Assembly (NCBI RefSeq): GCF_018350175.1
Contig: NC_058368.1
Location: forward strand, 54,314,001-54,378,000
Origin: Felis catus
Lineage: Eukaryota
Reading direction: 5' to 3'
DNA: 64,000 nucleotides
Of this stretch, positions 1-13,235 are shown in pieces. Each line of letters begins with the position of its first letter. Position 1 is the stretch's first letter. The notes under the pieces were generated by a model that was not told the DNA's origin, did no database searches, and saw nothing but the letters and a program-made list of their open reading frames with translations. A program made the translations under genes and the position numbers.

Positions 1-705
1 CCATTCATTCTTGTTTGTTTGTTTTCTACTCCCTGTCTCCCTTGAACCTTAACAAATTATAAGATTGGGAAAACAGCTCTTAAGAGAATTGTTCTGACAG
101 TTGTTGGGGTGAGATTTTACCAGTGATTCTCAAACAGGAGGCATAGACCCTCTCTGACTGTCCCATACCCAATTTCAGCAGCTGGCAGAGATGATGAAAA
201 TTGCATCCTGGATCCCACAAGGACATGTACCAGCTTCTCTTCTCCCTGTTCTCTGAGACTCCAGTCCTGCTTTGGCTTAAGGAGTCACACTTTCTTCAGG
301 TACAGGGAGATGCGTCATCTGAATATAAAGCCTTTAGCTTCTACATGAATCTTACAAAATACTTCATATACTTAATATTCAGAGATGCCCTACAGATGAG
401 CAATCCTTGCATACCTGGGAAAAAATTCTCCTTGGCTACAAGCATTATTCTAATCCACAGCTGGACTGTACTTAGATAAATTTTATTTATACTTTTATGT
501 CTCTTTCTATCAATGTGATTGCACTGGAATTTTTTATAATGTTAATTATTTACATTTTGCCATGAAGATGTTGCCAATTTGAGATGCCCTCTGTATTTTT
601 CTGTTTTTGAAAAACCTTTTTATATCATAGAATTTAACTCTGATGGTTTTGAAAGACTTGCAAATAAGGCTGTTGTGGTTTGATGCATTTTAAAGGAATA
701 AAATC

Positions 706-895
706 TTTTTTTGTTCTTTTTTGGAGAGAGAGAAGGGGAGAGACAGCACCAGCTGGGGATCCTGGGAGAAGGATAGAGGGACAGAGAGAGAATCTTAAGG
801 GTCTGACCCAGGGTTCCATCCCACGACCCTGGAAACATGACCTGAGCCAAAATCAAGATTCAGACACTCAGCTGACTCAGCCATCTGGGTGCCCC
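706..895 (-). mobile_element. Carnivore SINE (SINEC), older degraded copy
   Basis: T-rich tail, (GA)-rich tract and tRNA-derived head ending ...gggtgcccc; TSD taaaggaata[a/g]aatc at 691-705 and 896-910. Confidence 0.85.
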
Positions 896-918
896 TAAAG
901 GAATAGAATCTTTTAAAT

Positions 919-1130
919 TTTTTTTTTCAACGTTTTATTTATTTTTGGGACAGAGAGAGACAGAGAATGAACGGGGGAGGGGCAGAGAGAGAGGGAGACA
1001 CAGAATCGGAAACTGGCTCCAGGCTCTGAGCCATCAGCCCAGAGTCCGATGCGGGGCTCGACTCACGGACCGCGAGATCGTGACCTGGCTGAAGTCGGAT
1101 GCTTAACCGACTGCGCCACCCAGGCGCCCC
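919..1130 (-). mobile_element. Young felid SINE (SINEC_Fc type)
   Basis: Near-consensus head ggggcgcctgggtggcgcagtcggttaagc on the minus strand with most CpGs kept; perfect TSD ggaatagaatcttttaaat at 900-918 and 1131-1149. Confidence 0.95.
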
Positions 1131-1149
1131 GGAATAGAATCTTTTAAAT

Positions 1150-1640
1150 CTCAATGATTTTCCATTTTCAATGGGTCAATCTAGTTATTTTATATTTTCT
1201 CACAAGTCAACATTTTGTTTTTTGAATTTATACATGGACAGTTGCAGGTAGTAACTTTCTATAATTTATGAAATTTCTTTCATATCTGTAGTTATGTTAC
1301 TTTTCCACTTTTAAAGTTGTTTGTGTTTTCTAACTTTTTTGATGATGCACAAACATGGTCTGTTTCGCTAGTATCTTCAAAGAACCAGTTATTGTTTTTA
1401 TTTATTTATTATTGGTCTTCTTACTATATTTTTATTTGATTTGTTTTTTTATCTTCATTAATTCCTTCCCTTTATGAGTTGAGTCTTATTTTATTATTTT
1501 CCTTGATCGTTGAAGTGAATGTTTGTCAATCTTTTTTATTTTAAGTTCCGCTTTAGCTCTATTCAACAGGTTTTGATATGTAGTGCATTTCTAAATCTCT
1601 AATTTTAAAATTGATATTCTCTGTAACCCTATTGTTATAT
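1150..1640 (-). mobile_element. Ancient L1M/L1ME fragment
   Basis: Degenerate match to antisense L1 ORF2 5' region (e.g. tcttcaaagaaccagtt); T-rich; boundaries approximate. Confidence 0.5.
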
Positions 1641-1656
1641 TGAAGTGTGTTTTATG

Positions 1657-1835
1657 ATTTTTTTTAAAGTTATTTATTTATTTGGAGAGAGAGAGTGAGC
1701 AGGGGTGGGGCAGAGAGACAGAGAGAGAATCCCAAGTAGGCTGTGCACTAAGAGTGGGCTCAAACTCATGAGATCGTGACCTGAGCTGAAATCAAAGGTC
1801 AGATGCTTAACTGACTGAGCCCCCCAGGAGCTCCC
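1657..1835 (-). mobile_element. Carnivore SINE (SINEC)
   Basis: SINE body; TSD tgaa[g/a]tgtgttttatg at 1641-1656 and 1836-1851. Confidence 0.9.
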
Positions 1836-2241
1836 TGAAATGTGTTTTATGTTTAAGAAGATAAATTTATTTTGGATACCCTTTGCTTTTATTTTCCAAC
1901 AGCTCATATTTGGGCAAGATGTTGAAGAAAAAGTCCGAATCTAGTTTAAATAATCTTCAGCTTTCTAACTTTATTTGACTTATTGTTCTATTTCCTTACC
2001 TCTATCCTTATACTTTTTTTTTCAATATATGAAATTTATTGTCAAATTGGTTTCCATACAACACCCAGTGCTCATCCCAAAAGGTGCCCTCCTCAATACC
2101 CATCACCCACCCTCCCCTCCCTCCCACCCCCCATCAACCCTCAGTTTGTTCTCAGTTTTTAAGAGTCTCTTATGCTTTGGCTCTCTCCCACTCTAACCTT
2201 TTATTTTTCTTCCCCTCCCCCATGGGTTTCTGTTAAGTTTC

Positions 2242-5200
2242 TCAGGGTCCACATAAGAGTGAAACCATATGGTATCTGTCTGTCTCTGTATAGCTTATTT
2301 CACTTAGCATCACACTCTCCAGTTCCATCCACGTTGCTACAAAGGGCCATATTTCATTCTTTCTCATTGCCACGTAGTACTCCATTGTGTATATAAACCA
2401 CGATTTCTTTATCCATTCATCAGTTGATGGACATTTAGGTTCTTTCCATAATTTGGCTATTGTTGAGAGTGCTGCTATGGACATTGGGGTACAAGTGCCC
2501 CTATGCATCAGTATTCCTGTATCCCTTGGATAAATTCCTAGCAGTGCTATTGCTGGGTCATAGGGTAGGTCTATTTTTAATTTTCTGAGGAACCTCCACA
2601 CTGTTTTCCAGAGCGGCTGCACCAATTTGCATTCCCACCAACAGTGCAAGAGGGTTCCCGTTTCTACACATCCTCTCCAGCATCTATAGTCTCCTGATTT
2701 GTTCATTTTGGCCACTCTGACTGGCGTGAGGTGATATCTGAGTGTGGTTTTGATTTGTATTTCCCTGATGAGGAGTGACGTTGAACATCTTTTCATGTGC
2801 CTGTTGGCCATCCGGATGTCTTCTTTAGAGAAGTGCCTATTCATGTTTTCTGCCCATTTCTTCACTGGGTTATTTGTTTTTCGGGTGTGGAGTTTGGTGA
2901 GCTCTTTATAGATTTTGGATACTAGCCTTTGTCTGATATGTCATTTGCAAATATCTTTTCCCATTCCGTTGGTTGCCTTTTAGTTTTGTTGGTTGTTTCC
3001 TTTGCTGTGCAGAAGCTTTTTATCTTCATAAGGTCCCAGTAATTCACTTTTGCTTTTAATTCCCTTGCCTTTGGGGATGTGTCGAGTAAGAGATTGCTAC
3101 GGCTGAGGTCAGAGAGGTCTTTTCCTGCTTTCTCCTGTAGGGTTTTGATGGTTTCCTGTCTCACATTCAGGTCCTTTATCCATTTTGAGTTTATTTTTGT
3201 GAATGGTGTGAGAAAGTGGTTTAGTCTCAACCTTCTGCATGTTGCTGTCCAGTTCTCCCAGCACCATTTGTTAAAGAGGCTGTCTTTTTTCCATTGGATG
3301 TTCTTTCCTGCTTTGTCAAAGATGAGTTGGCCATACGTTTGTGGGTCTAGTTCTGGGGTTTCTAGTCTATTCCATTGGTCTAGGTGTCTGTTTTTGTGCC
3401 AATACCATGCTGTCTTGATGATGACAGCTTTGTAGTAGAGGCTAAAGTCTGGGATTGTGATGCCTCCTGCTTTGGTCTTCTTCTTCAAAATTCCTTTGGC
3501 TATTCGGGGCCTTTTGTGGTTCCATATGAATTTTAGGATTGCTTGTTCTAGTTTCGAGAAGAATGCTGGTGCAATTTTGATTGGGATTGCATTGAATGTG
3601 TAGATAGCTTTGCGTAGTATTGACATTTTGACAATATTTATTCTTCCAATCCATGAGCAGGGAATGTCTTTCCATTTCTTTATATCTTCTTCAATTATCT
3701 TCATAAGCTTTCTATAGTTTTCAGCATACAGATGTTTTACATCTTTGGTTAGATTTATTCCTAGGTATTTTATGCTTCTTGGTGCAATTGTGAATGGGAT
3801 CAGTTTCTTTATTTTTCTTTCTGTTGCTTCATTGTTAGTGTATAAGAATGCAACTGATTTGTGTACATTGATTTTGTATCCTGCAACTTTGCTGAATTAA
3901 TGTATCAGTTCTAGCAGGCTTTTGGTGGAGTCTATCGGATTTTCCATGTATAGTATCATGTCATCTGCAAAAAGTGAAAGCTTGACTTCATCTTTGCCAA
4001 TTTTGATGCCTTTGATTTCCTTTTGTTGTCTGATTGCTGATGCTAGAACTTCCAACACCATGTTAAACAACAGTGGTGAGAGTGGACATCCCTGCCGTGT
4101 TCCTGATCTTAGGGAAAAAGCTCTCAGTTTTTCCCCATTGAGGATGATGTTAGCTATGGGCTTTTCATAAATGGCTTTTATGATGTTTAAGTATGTTCCT
4201 TCTATCCCGACTTTCTCAAGCATTTTTATTAAGAAACATTGCTGAATTTTGTCAAATGCCTTTTCTGCATCGATTGACAGGATCATATGGTTCTTATATT
4301 TTCTTTTATTAATGTGATGTATCACGTTGATTGATTTGCGAATGTTGAACCAGCCCTGCATCCCAGGAATGAATCCCACTTGATCACGGTGAATAATTCT
4401 TTGTATATGCTGTTGAATTCGATTTGCTAGTATCTTATTGAGAATTTTTGCATCCATATTCATCAGGGATATTGGCCTGTAGTTCTCTTTTTTTACTGGG
4501 TCTCTGTCTGGCTTAGGAATCAAAGTAATACTGGCTTCATAGAATGAGTCTGGAAGTTTTCCTTCCATTTCTATTTCTTGGAATAGCTTGAGAAGGATAG
4601 GTATTATCTCTGCTTTAAATGTCTGGTAAAACTCCCCTGGGAAGCCATCTGGTCCCGGACTCTTATTTGTTGGGAGATTTTTGATAACTGACTCAATTTC
4701 TTTGCTGGTTATGGGTCTGTTCAAGCTTTCTATTTCCTCCTGATTGAGTTTTGGAAGAGTGTGGGTGTTCAGGAATTTGTCCATTTCTTCCAGGTTGTCC
4801 AATTTGTTGGCATATAATTTTTCATAGTATTCCCTGATAATTGTTTGTATCTCTGAGGGATTGGTTGTAATAATTCCATTTTCATTCATGATTTTATCTA
4901 TTTGGGTCATTTCCCCCCCCCCTTTTTTTTTTGAGAAGCCTGGCTAGAGGTTTGTCAATTTTGTTTATTTTTTCAAAAAACCAACTCTTGGTTTCGTTGA
5001 TCTGCTCTACAGTTCTTTTAGATTCTATATTGTTTATTTCTGCTCTGATTTTATTATTTCTCTTCTTCTGCTGGGTTTAGGCTGCCTTTGCTGTTCTGCT
5101 TCTAGTTCCTTTAGGTGTGCTGTTAGATTTTGTATTTGGGATTTTTCTTGTTTCTTGAGATAGGCCTGGATTGCAATGTATTTTCCTCTCAGGATCGCCT

Positions 5201-6070
5201 TCACTGCATCCCAAAGCATTTGGATTGTTGTATTTTCATTTTCGTTTGTTTCCATATATTTTTTAATTTCTTCTCTAATTGCCTGGTTGACCCACTCATT
5301 CTTTAGTAGGGTGTTCTTTAACCTCCATGCTTTTGGAGGTTCTCCAGACTTTTTTCTGTGGTTGATTTCAAGCTTCATAGCATTGTGGTCTGAAAGTATG
5401 CATGGTATAATTTCAATTCTTGTATACTTATGAAGGGCTGTTTTGTGACCCAGTATATGATCTATCTTGGAGAATGTTCCATGTGCACTCGAGAAGAAAG
5501 TATATTCTGTTGCTTTGGGATGCAGAGTTCTAAATATATCTGTCAAGTCCATCTGATCCAATGTATCATTCAGAGCCCTTGTTTCTTTATTGACCGTGTG
5601 TCTAGATGATCTAACCGCTTCTGTAAGTGGAGTATTAAAGTCCCCTGCAATTACCTCATTCTTATCAATAAGGTTGCTTATGTTTATGAGTAATTGTTTT
5701 TATATTTGGGGGCTCCCGTATTCGGCACATAGACATTTATAATTGTTAGCTCTTCCTGATGGATAGACCCTGTAATTATTATATAATGCCCTTCTTCATC
5801 TCTTGTTACAGCCTTTAATTTAAAGTCTAGTTTGTCTGATATAAGTATGGCTACTCCAGCTTTCTTTTGGCTTCAGGTAGCATGATAAATAGTTCTCCAT
5901 CCCCTCACTCTCAATCTGAAGGTGTCCTCAGGTCTAAAATGAGTCTCTTGTAGACAGCAAATAGATGGGTCTTGTTTTTTTATCCATTCTGATACCCTAT
6001 GTCTTTTGGTTGGTGCATTTAGTCCATTTACATTCAGTGTTATTATAGAACGATATGGGTTTAGAGTCAT
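2242..6070 (-). pseudogene. Disrupted L1 ORF2 (endonuclease / reverse transcriptase / CCHC)
   Basis: Split into fragments 5873-6070, 5034-5561, 3897-4910, 2922-3704 and 2242-2865; GGA>TGA nonsense after YHAT, TAA at 3897, indels near 5700, 5050, 4915 and 2927 relative to copy 2; motifs LNVNGLN, SDHN, LFADD still visible. Confidence 0.95.
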
Positions 6071-6179
6071 TGTGATGTATGTTTTATGCTTGTAGCGATG
6101 TCTCTGGTACTTTGTCTCACAGGATCCCCCTTAGGATCTCTTGTAGGGCTGGTTTGGTGGTGACAAATTCCTTCAGTTT

Positions 6180-7010
6180 TCATTTGTTTGGGAAGACCTT
6201 TATCTCTCCTTCTATTCTAAATGACAGACTTGCTGGATAAAGGATTTTCGGTTGCATATTTTTTCTGTTCATCACATTGAAGATCTCCTGCCAATCCTTT
6301 CTGGCCTGCCAAATTTCAGAAGAGAGATTGGTCACGAGTCTTATAGGTCTCCCTTTATATGTTAGGGCACGTTTATCCCTTGCTGCTTTCAGGATTTTCT
6401 CTTTATCCTTGTATTTTGCCAGTTTCACTATGATATGTCGTGCAGAAGATCGATTCAAGTTACGTCTGAAGAGAGTTCTCTGTGCCTCTTGGATTTCAAT
6501 GCCTTTTTCCTTCCCCAGTTCAGGGAAGTTCTCAGCTATTATTTCTTCAAGTACACCTTCAGCACCTTTCCCTCTTTCTTCCTTCTCCAGGATACCAATT
6601 ATGCGTATATTATTTCTCTTTAGTGCCTCACTTAATTCTCTAATTTTCCCCTCATACTCCTGGATTTTTTTATCTCTATTTTCCTCAGCTTCCTCTTTTT
6701 CCATAATTTTATCTTCTAGTTCACCTTTTCTCTCCTCCGCCTCTTCAATCTGAGCCGTGGTCATTTCCATTTTATTTTGCATCTCATTTATAGCGTTTTT
6801 CAGCTCCTCCTGACTATTCCTTAGTCCCTTGATCTCTGTAGCAATAGATTCTCTGCTGTCCTGTATACTGTTTTCAAGCCCAGCGATTAATTTTATGACT
6901 ATTATTCTAAATTCACTTTCTGTTATATTATTTAAATCCTTTTTGATCAGTTCATTAGCTGTTGTTATTTCCTGGAGATTCTTTTGAGGGGAAGTTTTCC
7001 GTTTGGTCAT
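6180..7010 (-). pseudogene. L1 ORF1 with premature stop (276 aa, last 21 aa lost)
   Basis: ATG at 7010 (MTKRK...), coiled coil, NIRIIG, ARHII and YPASLS motifs; TGA after PNK where copy 2 has CAA. Confidence 0.93.
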
Positions 7011-8099
7011 TTTGGATAGTCCCTGGAGTGGTGTGGACCTGCAGGGCACCTCCCCTGTGCTGTGGTGTATAACTGGAGTTTGTGGGCGGGGCCTCAGTCA
7101 GACCTGATGTCTGCTCCCAGCCCACAGCTGGGGCCACAGTCAGACTGGTGTGTGCCTTCTCTTCCCCTCTCCTAGGGGCGGGATTCACTGTGGAGTGGCG
7201 TGGCCCATCTGGGCTACTTGCACACTGCCAAGCTTGTGGTGCTGGGGATCTGGCGTATTAGCTGGGGTGGGTAGACAAGGTGCACGGTGGTAGGAGGGGC
7301 AGGCTTAGCTCGCTTCTCCTTAGGTGATCCACTTCAGGAGGGGCCCTGTGGCAGCGGGAGGGAGTCAGACCCGCCGCTGGAGGGATGGATCCACAGAAGC
7401 ACAGCGTTGGGTGTTTGCACGGAGCAAGCAAATTCACTGGCAGAAACTGGTTCCCTTTGGGATTTTGGCTGGGGGATGGGCAAGGGAGATGGTGCTGGTG
7501 AGCGCCTTTGTTCCCCGCCAAACTGAGCTCTGTCGTCCAGGGGCTCAGCAACTCTCCCTCCTGTTTCCTCCAATCTTCCCGGTCTCTGAGCAGAGCTGTT
7601 AACTTATGACCTCCCAGATGCTAAGTCCCGCTTGCTGTCGGAACACACTCTGTCTGGCCCCTCCGCTTTTGCAAGCCAGACTCGGGGGCTCTGCTTGGCC
7701 AGCAGGCTGCCCCTCCTCCCCGGCTCCCTCCTGCCAGTCCCTGTATCACACACGGCATCTCCGCCCCCCCCCACCCTCTTCCTTGGGCCTCTCATCTGCG
7801 CTTGGCTCCGGAGACTCCGTTCTGCTAGTCTTCTGGTGGTTTTCTGGGTTATTTAGGCAGGTGTAGGTGGAATCTAAGTGATCAGCAGGGCACATGGTGA
7901 GCCCAGCGTCCTCTTACGCTGCCATCTTCCCTCCCCCTTGATTAACTGTTTCAAAACGCATTCCTTTTACAGCTTAGAGATTGTATCCAAAAGACTTTGA
8001 ATGAGTGGAGTTCCCAAGTCAGCCCTGATTTGGTCAGGGTGAGTAAAATGTGAATGAGGAAATCATGTGGGTCAAAAGGAAAATGCAGTAAGCAGGGAA

Positions 8100-8790
8100 T
8101 TAATTTGCTATCTTTATACTTTTATGTCTATATCTTCTGTTTCCCCTCCTGGAACTGTTATTATGTGGATGGATATTTGAATTGAGCCCACCTTCCATTT
8201 ATGTCAGGTTATTTGACTCCTCATCCTTTTTGACTGTTTTCTGTGGTAATCTCGTGGCACCACATTAGCTCACTAATTCAGTCTTTAGGTAAATGCATTC
8301 TACCTCACCGTATCTATTTTAACAATATTTTTGGTTATTCTAATTATTTTGATTATTTTTTTTTCTTAATGGAATTTTTTCTAACAATGCTAAGCTCTGC
8401 CAAATTTCTTTGTGGACACTTACTATACTTTAAACCTTTTTTTTTTTCTTCTAAATCTCAATGTATTTCTTGAACGTAGTCATTCTGTACTTGAAAATCG
8501 TTTATCTTATAATTTTGGCTTCCTGATGTACTTGGAGATTTATGCACAGTTCAGTTTTGTTCATAAGTATCTGTATCAGTTTTAATAGGTAGAATGTTTA
8601 TTCCAATTGCAATTCAAGTTATGCTTTCCTAGTGAAATAAATATTTTCCATATCTGTAGCTGTGTTACCTCTTTATGCTTAACTTTGTGTTTTCCAACTT
8701 TTTTAAAAAATGAAATTTGGCAAAAACTTGTTTATTTCGTTAAACTCTTCAAAGAGCTAGCTTTTGACTTTACTGTTCAATAAAAAAGAG
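8100..8790 (-). mobile_element. Ancient L1M fragments
   Basis: Degenerate antisense L1 ORF1/ORF2-like motifs (tttcccctcctggaact, ctcttcaaagagctagctttt). Confidence 0.4.
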
Positions 8791-9213
8791 CCTGGTTCTT
8801 GTGTGCGTTCATATGTGTGTGCACATCAAATGCTCATGTGTTGGTAGCATGTACTCTAGAATGGAGATCCTAGTCCCTTATTTTGTTTCTAAATATTTAG
8901 GGCACTGCCTTGATTGATTCCCCAGCTCGTTCACTCAATTTCGGATTGGCTACTTCATAAGAAACTAGTTCTATTTGGGGGATAGCTCCTCAAGTCAGTT
9001 GGGGGGGCACCCTTCTGGGATTTTTAATTCTACTACTGCTTGTGTCTATTTTTATATTTCTTTAATAATTTCAAACAATTTTTGTTAGCATTAGAGTAAA
9101 TTTATATACTCATGTATCTATGTTGCCAAATTGAATTGAACTTGGTCTATGATAGTTTTACTTATGAAAATAAGTATTTCCTTCAGTGATAATGATAATT
9201 TCAGAATGTTTTG

Positions 9214-9427
9214 TGTTATGGGCTGAATGTGTTCTTCCAAAATTCAAACATTGAGGCTCTAGCCCCCAGTGTGATGGTGTTAGGAGATGTGGCTGTTGGG
9301 AGGCAGTTAGATTTAGATAGGGTCATGAAAATGGGACTTCCGTGATGAGATTAGTGTCCTTATAAAAAGAGGAAGAGATGTGAGAGCTTCTTCTCACCAC
9401 CAACTGGAGGTGTCCATCTATAAGCCC
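9214..9427 (+). mobile_element. MaLR LTR fragment (MLT1A-like)
   Basis: Starts tgttatgggctgaatgtg...ccaaaattca; contains gattagtgtccttataaaaagagg, typical of MLT1. Confidence 0.8.
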
Positions 9428-9715
9428 TAAATTACTGTACAGATATTTTAATTCATATACCACTGGCTGAAAAATCCTTTATTATATAGGAATCTTAAGG
9501 CTGACCTTAATTTCCTTAGACTTCTTTTTTAAAGTTATTTAGACATTAGGCTATAAACGCAATGATGAGATCTTCTGTACTTAGAAATGACCCCTAGATC
9601 ATCAACTGCTTGTTGGGCAAGTTGCTAAGCTCTCTGAACTTTGACTTGGCCCTTGAGTTAGAGCAATGTCCTTCAGTATGTAGTATGAATATGAATTTTC
9701 TGAGTATCCTTTAAA

Positions 9716-9888
9716 GTTTTTTTTAATGTTTATATTTGAGAGAGACAGACCTTGAGTGTGGGAGGGGCAGAGAGACAGAGACAGAATCTGAAGCAGAGAG
9801 CCTGATGTGGGGCTCGAACTTATGAGCAGTGAGATCATGACCTGAGCCAAAGTCAGACACCCAACCTACTGAGCCACCCAGGCGTCCC
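9716..9888 (-). mobile_element. Carnivore SINE (SINEC)
   Basis: SINE body; flanking duplicate tctg[a/g]gtatccttt. Confidence 0.9.
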
Positions 9889-12616
9889 TATCTGGGTATC
9901 CTTTTAAAAGGCAGACTTTGATCTGTAGATCTGGGATATAGCCTGGCAATATGGATATCTAGCAAGCAACCAAGTCATGCTGGTGTTGTGGAACACAATT
10001 TGAATAGCAAGAATAAATGTTCTCTAATTTTCCTTAAGCCATTCATACACAAAAATTAAATGAAACACTTCATAATATGCAAATATTCAGTCAGATGCAG
10101 TGACACCAATTTCTTACCTCCCCAGTGTCTCTCTTCTGTTCTCTAGATGAGCTAATCCCACAGGGTAGATGTGGCTGGTGAGGGAGTAATGTGAATAATG
10201 TACCTTGGACCATAGTTTGATTTCAGCTAGGCTCCTGTTATACTTTCCCCTCTACCCTAAAGGGGATCAGCCTGGAATTACAAATGAGCTTCAGTGTGTC
10301 ACAGAGGAAAGCAGAATGTACACTCCTGTTGTCTCACACCATCATATTGTTTTTGGAAGGAAAGACGTGGATCTTCATGCTTCTTCTCCCTTGAGTGGCT
10401 ACATTAAGTCAGGAACCTTATTGTCTATTGACTTCTCTCCGTTAAGGCCTGCTCATAAAGACAAATGTCTTACTTTTTGGTGGTTCAGCAGCTTTACCTT
10501 GCTAAGTGACACCGATTTTCATTTTATTTCCATTTTCATTGGAAAATACTTGTGGCCACACTTCATCGACCGACTCAAAAGTGTTACTGTTTTCTGATCA
10601 AAGCGCTTCTTGTTTGTAAAATGACAGAATACTTGTTCTCCTTTTCTTATCTCTTAATAATAGGAAAATAAACAGAAAATTTAAGGCATTCCCTTTACAA
10701 CCCACAGAACTAAAAATCATAATTTGGATTTTACAGATTTCTTCTAATATTGATATATATGTGCTTAAGTAATTTTTAGGCTTGCATTTTTTAAGTTCAG
10801 ACATAGGTTGTAAATTCTTTTTGGCAAGGGTTACACCCTTGTATCTTGAGGCTATTTATAGCTTCTGTATAATGGTTTGTATACAGTGACACTCATTTTG
10901 CATTTTTAACCTAATGAGTTTTAAATTTAAGTTTAGTACATATTTTCCAATGGCACTTTATTGCCTTCAATGTACACAAAGAATGACTAATATTTGCCTG
11001 ACAAGTTGGACATAGCAGTGATTAAATGATATTGCTTGATTTTATCTTAATACTACAGAAAAAAATTAGAGCATATTGTATGGTGACTAGTGGCTTCTGT
11101 CAGATATGCATGTGTATTTGCATGTGTGTGTGTGTCAGAAAGAGAGTTCAAAAGCAGATAGAGTCTAGTGTGCTATAGGTAACTCTTGAAATAACTTCCT
11201 AATTGATACATACCATTTAAAGTAACAAAATAAAATTTAAATGAGGTCAAGGTCTGTGGACACTTAAAGTGTGGTAATAAAAGCTAAAATGAGGTCTCCA
11301 AGTTCATGGATGACTAAAACAGAATAGTAAAATAGACAGCACAGCACACATGAAAAATTTTCAAGTAATAATAAAAAATAGAAGAGAAAGAGAAAAAACA
11401 TTTCATTGGGGAACATAAGACTCCACTAAATCCAGCAAAGTCCTTGAATCAGATCAAATACCATTTTTCAAAATCTATATAGCATTTTCCCAGATCTCAC
11501 ATCCTGTAACCTTGCTCTTTAGAGAATATAGAGGTTGTCAGAAAATCTCATTCAGTTGGATAATCCTGTGTCCTGAGCCCTCTTTAATACTTGATGACCC
11601 AAGATAATTCTTAATAGCACCTGTTTTACTACCAAAATGTCATTAGAATGGATGATAAATTGTATAATGATCTACCTTTGAGCAGAAGAGGAAGGTAAAT
11701 AGACCTACTAGAAACAGAAACATACCTTCCACGACTAGCACCCATATTAAAGTCTGTTTTGTGTTGATTTGGAGCAAGATTGAATTTTCTACTAAGCAAT
11801 AACAAAACAACCAGTACCAAACTAAAGGGCAAGGCAAAGAGAAAGGCAGTGAGAGGACAAACTACAGCGTTTGCTGCAGTGTGTCCTTCAATGAAGGAGT
11901 CTTTGCTCAAGGTCTCAGTTCTTGACTCATCAGCTTATTCCCTTAAAAGCTTGGAGCCAGTGATTCTGTCCAGAGCAGGGAAATCCGTCTATGGTAGAGG
12001 CCAGTGGAAATGGCAGCACATGAGGAAATATACTCCCACGCATTAATCTCCTTAATTTCTTTCTTTCTTTTTTTTTCTGGATGAACATCTGTTCTTGTCT
12101 TAGAATCAGGAGAGCTAATATCATGGGAAGTAAAGGCTATTTCCTAGACTGGTTTGTTGCCCAATACCACATCCTGAGGTGCTGAGAAGAGAAAAAACAG
12201 CTGGGAAGATACCAATGCCAGCTGCTAAAAGACTGTTTCCAGAATTTTTAATGATCAAATGTAGGAATATGGATATGTAAGAGCTGCATGGAGACTTAAA
12301 CTTCCAAAGGTTTCTTTAGAAAAATCAAAGAGGCAGAAAAAAACAAAACAAGACACTTCATCTCTTACAAGGAATATATGATAAAAATTACTTCCTAAGG
12401 GGAAGAAAACCATTCCATTTTTCATTTGGTAAACATATGAAACAGTCTGTAAACAGGATTTTATCCTGAGTACTTAATGTTTTGCTTCTCTAATATTAGT
12501 TCGCATATTCTTAGTTGATAAGAACAGTTTTTTTTCTCTCTCTATGGTTTACACATAGATCAAAATTTTGGAGTCATCTTTGACAACTTCCTCTAAAATT
12601 TTAATTTTGTTTCTTT

Positions 12617-12729
12617 TTTTTTTAATATTTTATTCTTTTGAGTAATCTCTACACTTAAGTGGGGCTTGAATTCATAACACTGATATCAAGAGTCATATGC
12701 TCCCCCCGGCTGAGCCAGGCAGGCACCCC
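12617..12729 (-). mobile_element. Short tRNA-derived carnivore SINE lacking the CT tract (old SINEC type)
   Basis: Head ggggtgcctgcctggctcagc on the minus strand, A-rich tail, TSD ttaattttgtttcttt at 12601-12616 and 12730-12745. Confidence 0.8.
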
Positions 12730-13235
12730 TTAATTTTGTTTCTTTATCACTTTTATAGGTTTTCTCTTATTTGACTCTCACAGATACAACAGGTACAACC
12801 ATTTTTTGTTCCAAACAGTTCTGGACATTGTCATGAATCAAATTTCTTTAAAGCAACACTCTCTAAACTTTCTGGCTCAAAATCCTTCAATGAATTATCC
12901 TTGATTTCCAGATAATGTATGAAATATTTTAGTATCCAAAATCCTTCAAAATTTGACACCAATAAATTTTCCAATAGTATCTTTTATACTTCCTTTATAT
13001 AAAATCCATGTCCTAGGCACATTGGGATATTTAATATTGCAGGAAAGACCATTCACAATTCCATGTGTTCAATTACACCACATGTACCTTTTGTTCCAAC
13101 CATGTACAACTGTCCAATCTTCCTCAACTACTTTCAGATGATTCATGTGTTTGTGCTTGTGCAAAATATCACCTCTTCAAATATCTTCTTTCCCTCAATG
13201 TATGAATTCCAACTTAAGTCAAGAACTTGAGGGAG

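Larger units (their letters stand above)
2014..7936 (-). mobile_element. Full-length felid LINE-1 (L1_Fc type), inactivated (copy 1)
   Basis: Poly-T tail at ~2014, AATAAA on the minus strand, G-rich 3'UTR, ORF2 and ORF1 remnants, CpG-rich ~920-nt 5'UTR starting GGAAGATGGC; colinear with copy 2. Confidence 0.97.

Noticed and set aside
939..1154. Short ORFs and tRNA-like heads within SINEs
   Set aside because: SINE-derived; not genuine CDS or tRNA genes.
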